DNA from: an uncultured bacterium
GTDB lineage: Bacteria > Krumholzibacteriota > Krumholzibacteriia > Krumholzibacteriales > Krumholzibacteriaceae
DNA: 12,708 nt
Assembly (NCBI GenBank): GCA_965371515.1
Contig: CBDUYR010000066.1
Location: 1 to 12,708 of the forward strand
Direction of reading: 5' to 3'
Within the stretch, counting starts at the first letter, position 1. Each line of letters opens with the position of its first letter. Made by a program: the position numbers and the translations under genes. The notes beneath the pieces are model-generated. The model did not search any database and was not told where the DNA came from. It worked only from the letters and a program-made list of their open reading frames with translations. Positions 7,922-12,708 of the stretch are shown here, one piece after another.

Positions 7922-7999
7922 GGGCGATTAGCTCAGTTTGGTTAGAGCACCTGCTTTACACGCAGGGGGTCACTGGTTCAAGTCCAGTATCGCCCACCA
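7922..7999 (+). tRNA. tRNA-Val(TAC)
   Basis: Acceptor stem GGGCGAT/ATCGCCC, D stem GCTC/GAGC, anticodon stem CCTGC/GCAGG with loop TT-TAC-AC (anticodon 7957-7959), T arm ACTGG-TTCAAGT-CCAGT, discriminator A and encoded CCA. Confidence 0.98.
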
Positions 8000-8122
8000 T
8001 TTTACTTCAAAAAAACGTAATTTTCATGCAGTCGGGGGATACTTCAGGTAAAAAGGGTAACCCGATCCTCCAGAAGGTCTGAAATCGTCACTGCCTGGTG
8101 TCAGCCCAACGACTATTCAGGC

Positions 8123-8196
8123 GGATTTTCCGGAACCTGGAAAATCCCCCGCAGATCCTCGCTCGAGGATATCAACTGTTCGACAAAACTGTTCGT
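8123..8196. repeat. Cluster of short inverted and direct repeats
   Basis: GGATTTTCC-N7-GGAAAATCC (8123-8147), ATCCTCG-CT-CGAGGAT (8155-8170), and AACTGTTCG twice (8174-8182 and 8188-8196). Confidence 0.6.
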
Positions 8197-8503
8197 CTGT
8201 GTCCCCTTGTCTGCCCACAGCCGCCTGTACCTTCTATTAATTCCGTCCCTTGGCTGAACGTAACGGGAGAATGTCCTGTATATGCGAATTCCGGTGCATC
8301 CCCGGGCGACGCGAGCCGACCCGATCAAGCGCCGGGGGGACCCCAGTGGCTGGGCAGCTCAGATATCCGCTCATTATTATTCAAGGAAATCAAAGAGATA
8401 AGGGATTATGGCATCAGCGTCGGGGGCGCTGTATGCGCCGGGAGCATCGAGAGGGCACCGGTATGGTGCGGACACATTTACTTTAACCGAGAAAAGACGA
8501 TGG

Positions 8504-8593
8504 CTACTTGGCTTTCTTCTCTCTTCTTTTTTCCTTCAGGGTCTTGGCAGGCTTTTTCTTGGTTTCTTTCCTGGTGCTTTTTTCCTTCCCCAT
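8504..8593 (-). CDS. 29-aa Lys-rich basic microprotein (not in the ORF track)
   Basis: Hand translation: MGKEKSTRKETKKKPAKTLKEKRREKKAK*. SD GAGGT 6 nt before the ATG and a candidate promoter upstream. It explains the strong pyrimidine skew of the + strand at 8505-8590. Confidence 0.8.
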   Translation of the reverse strand: MGKEKSTRKETKKKPAKTLKEKRREKKAK

Positions 8594-8652
8594 GATCTTA
8601 CCTCTCAATCTTTCATCAACAGAGGGTTCCCGGATTCCGAGCAGACAGCATG

Positions 8653-8682
8653 ATTATAATCTATTCGTCCTCATTCCATCAA
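8653..8682 (-). promoter_or_regulatory. Sigma70-type promoter for the Lys-rich microprotein
   Basis: Minus strand TTGATG (8682-8677), 18-nt spacer, consensus TATAAT (8658-8653). The -10 lies inside the palindrome GATTATAATC (8652-8661). Confidence 0.55.
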
Positions 8683-8729
8683 ATAGATATTCCCCGGCGA
8701 ATTATTATCTCATATCGAAACAAGAGCTT

Positions 8730-9767
8730 TCAGTATGGCAGGTACATCGAACACTCTCGGCAGGGAACAGGCACATTTGACGTTAAATAACTTTCACAGA
8801 GTATTTTGGGCCCGTCTCCAAACCAGATCTCCGATAGACTTTTCTCTTTAATGTTTCCTATCACGAGATCGTCATGCTTCCCTTCTTTTCCGAAGCGACA
8901 GCCGCACATCCTTACATCACCATTAGCGAGAATGTCCACATGCCTGTCGAGGAAAACCTCGCATGGGATATTTTTAAAGATTAACTGTCTCTTGAGTGTC
9001 ATGTTGCCTGTCAGGTGTTGCTGCTGGATCTGCCCGCACCAGTTATCCCGTAGCCCGCCGACCATCACAATTTGCTCCTCGTCTATGTAAGGAAGAATCT
9101 GTGTTCTGAAATTGCGTTCTCCGAGAACGTCTTCTCCATCTGGCTGGAGGACGAGAGTGATATGCATGGGATTTTCGAGTTCCTGGTTGGCAACTAAAAT
9201 GTTCTTTATACCAGTCAGAAGTGCTTCATCCCATTTGACATTATATACCCTTTCAAAGACCTCCTTCTTAAAGCCGGGAAGACTGATATTTATCTGGATT
9301 TGTATCTTGGAGGAAAGCCGAATAAGATCCTCTCTGATTTCTTTCTTTTTCAGCATGATGCCGTTCGTGTCGAATGTGATTTTCACGATGTTATTGAACT
9401 GGCTTGCGAATTCGATGCGTTTTGATAAATATGGGTCAAGGAGAGGTTCTCCCGTCACCGGGCTGAGCCCTATCACACCTCCCCCCATGTCACTGAAATC
9501 CCTCACGCCTTTTTCATATATCTGCATATCCATGACACCATCGGGCTCGTGGAACATATAGGCGCAGTAGCAGCAGTTCGCATTACACATGCCGATTGTG
9601 TTAAAACCTGCCAGTATCGGCGGCTCTTTAAGGATGTTCTTCCATTCATTGCGACCGACAAGAGAGCGCTTTATATACCTGACATTCGATTTGAAAAACC
9701 AGTATTCACGGTAGAGCTTCGGGCTCAGCATGATTGAATTCTTTATTCTCGACTTGAACGATTGCAA
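8730..9767 (-). CDS. Radical SAM enzyme with C-terminal SPASM/twitch domain, substrate unknown
   Basis: CNANCCYC (CxxxCxxC), GEPLLDP and TNG motifs. The C-terminus reads PCEVF...ILANGDVRMCGC...IGNIKEKSLSEIW...PCRECS. TTG start with AAGGAG 7 nt upstream. Visibly more AT-rich than the left half of the window. Confidence 0.92.
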   Translation of the reverse strand: MQSFKSRIKNSIMLSPKLYREYWFFKSNVRYIKRSLVGRNEWKNILKEPPILAGFNTIGMCNANCCYCAYMFHEPDGVMDMQIYEKGVRDFSDMGGGVIGLSPVTGEPLLDPYLSKRIEFASQFNNIVKITFDTNGIMLKKKEIREDLIRLSSKIQIQINISLPGFKKEVFERVYNVKWDEALLTGIKNILVANQELENPMHITLVLQPDGEDVLGERNFRTQILPYIDEEQIVMVGGLRDNWCGQIQQQHLTGNMTLKRQLIFKNIPCEVFLDRHVDILANGDVRMCGCRFGKEGKHDDLVIGNIKEKSLSEIWFGDGPKILCESYLTSNVPVPCRECSMYLPY

Positions 9768-9811
9768 GAAGCTTCTCCTTTTGGCCCGCCCCGCTTTTCT
9801 TAATGTTTTAA

Positions 9812-9840
9812 AGCGTACACTTCTGGTGCAGGATTGTCTA
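9812..9840 (-). promoter_or_regulatory. Possible sigma70-type promoter for the radical SAM gene
   Basis: Minus strand TAGACA (9840-9835), 17-nt spacer, TACGCT (9817-9812), about 45 nt upstream of the TTG start. Confidence 0.4.
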
Positions 9841-10007
9841 GAGAACTGTGTGGACGGTAGCCTGATATTCCCCCTTCAAACTGATCCACGACAAGAGTCA
9901 GTATTTCTGGTATTTTTATTACAGGAGGACAGATCATGCGCACAGAAAATATTGTCGAAGAACAGAGTATCATCCAATGCATGATCAGATAATACGGCGA
10001 TACTGAC

Positions 10008-11861
<1,854 letters not shown>

Positions 11862-11893
11862 GCGACTGCTACCGGACCGGGACCGGGATCAGC

Positions 11894-12340
11894 TCAATCG
11901 TATGCTTCCATGACAGCGGGATCCTCGTTCATCAGGTGACCGGCCATTCCGTCCATCTTCATAGCCTTCCAGAAACTGAGGTTCTCGTGCACTTTCATGT
12001 ACTTCATCGGGATGGGATGAGTGCCGATGACTACTGGTATTCCGTAGCGTGATTCTATGAATTCCTTGAAGCGGCCAATGCGGGGACATGGCGGATATCC
12101 CACGACGAGGCCGGTGGCAAGGTGGATCGCCTCCGCTCCGTTTCTGATCATCTCGTCGGGGACATACTCCACGTTTCCACCTGGACAGTCGCCGCAGAAT
12201 GAATAGCCGACGAGTTCGAGCTCCGTATCCTCCGGGTAGAGAGCGAATCCTCCAACACGCTCGCGCATGGCGCGAAGGCACTTGCCCCCTCCGCAATTCT
12301 TGTATCGTCCGCAGATGATGATCCCGATCTTCTTCTTCAT
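11894..12340 (-). CDS. CGGC-domain putative metal/Fe-S-binding protein
   Basis: KIGIIIC...CGGGKC...FCGDCPG...IHLATG...PPCP...VVIGTH matches the CGGC family pattern (here CGDC). SD AAGGAG upstream of ATG 12340. Confidence 0.9.
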   Translation of the reverse strand: MKKKIGIIICGRYKNCGGGKCLRAMRERVGGFALYPEDTELELVGYSFCGDCPGGNVEYVPDEMIRNGAEAIHLATGLVVGYPPCPRIGRFKEFIESRYGIPVVIGTHPIPMKYMKVHENLSFWKAMKMDGMAGHLMNEDPAVMEAYD

Positions 12341-12637
12341 CGCATTCTCCTTTCCGAGCGGCCGGTATCCTCAAGGGCCGAGTGAATGGACGCGAGTATA
12401 TGCCTTATTGGATCATTTGACAAGTGGACCCTCTGTCCATCAAGGCCCGTTTGCGCGAAGCCGGGCAACGATACTTCCGGGATTGAGGCAGGCGTAACAA
12501 ATCCGAATCCAGTATTGCTTATCTTTAATTCTTCCAAAGAACGGCGATCATCCGGAAATGATCCAGGAGAGGACTTCATAAGGGGCCAAGGCGTTTAACT
12601 GTTGAATTAATCGCGAAAATGAGTTAAAATCATATAG

Positions 12638-12669
12638 ATTATAAATTGCCGTCAATCCTCTTTAAAGAG
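12638..12669 (-). promoter_or_regulatory. Possible promoter with an overlapping palindromic operator-like site
   Basis: Minus strand TTTAAA (12666-12661), 17-nt spacer, TATAAT (12643-12638). The -35 lies inside the perfect palindrome CTCTTTAAAGAG (12658-12669). Confidence 0.35.
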
Positions 12670-12708
12670 TTCGACAGCTCACAGGAGACACATCTTACTG
12701 ACCCACTG

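Noticed and set aside
6848..7999. LarE acting as a thiolase for the neighbouring tRNA-Val
   Set aside because: The protein has LarE-specific motifs rather than TtcA/TtuA/MnmA/ThiI features, a promoter separates it from the tRNA unit, and adjacency alone is not evidence.
8465..8490. GGTGCG...TTACTTTAACC resembling a XerCD dif site
   Set aside because: The arms are 2 nt apart rather than 6, and both match the consensus poorly.
8098..8780. Plus-strand ORFs 8098-8595, 8250-8486, 8408-8653 and 8508-8780
   Set aside because: No recognisable domains. Their Phe/Leu/Ser-rich 'hydrophobic' parts are the antisense reading of the Lys-rich microprotein.
9611..9619. CCAGTATCG matching the tRNA 3' region as a possible att copy
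   Set aside because: Only 9 nt and inside the radical SAM coding sequence.
11862..11893. Terminator between the convergent ABC-F and CGGC genes
   Set aside because: Only short direct repeats (ACCGG three times); no convincing stem with a U-tract on either strand.
12337..12579. 80-aa minus-strand ORF overlapping the CGGC start
   Set aside because: No SD and no recognisable motif. The ATGA overlap arises automatically from an ATG-AAG start. It cannot be fully excluded without a homology search.

Overview
Bacterial chromosomal window with two parts. The left part (1-7999, + strand, GC-rich, several genes overlapping or abutting) is a core-like run: DksA/TraR-family zinc-finger protein (5'-truncated), lspA, rluD, a complete three-gene partner-switching module (STAS anti-anti-sigma, RsbW-type kinase, polytopic membrane PP2C phosphatase), ruvX/yqgF, mltG, larE, a 51-aa membrane microprotein missing from the ORF track, and tRNA-Val(TAC). 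The right part (8000-12708) looks accessory: about 500 nt of hairpin-rich non-coding DNA, a 29-aa Lys-rich microprotein with its own promoter and RBS (also missing from the track), an AT-rich radical SAM/SPASM gene, an ABC-F ATPase whose first domain lacks the arm, and a CGGC-domain protein. Gene order and motif variants suggest an FCB-group bacterium, but that is inference only. No integrase, transposase, CRISPR array or att duplication is visible. The best leads are the sigma-less partner switch wired into rluD/ruvX/mltG, its Cys-rich kinase, the two microproteins and the orphan three-Cys LarE. All family calls come from motif recognition by eye, not database searches.
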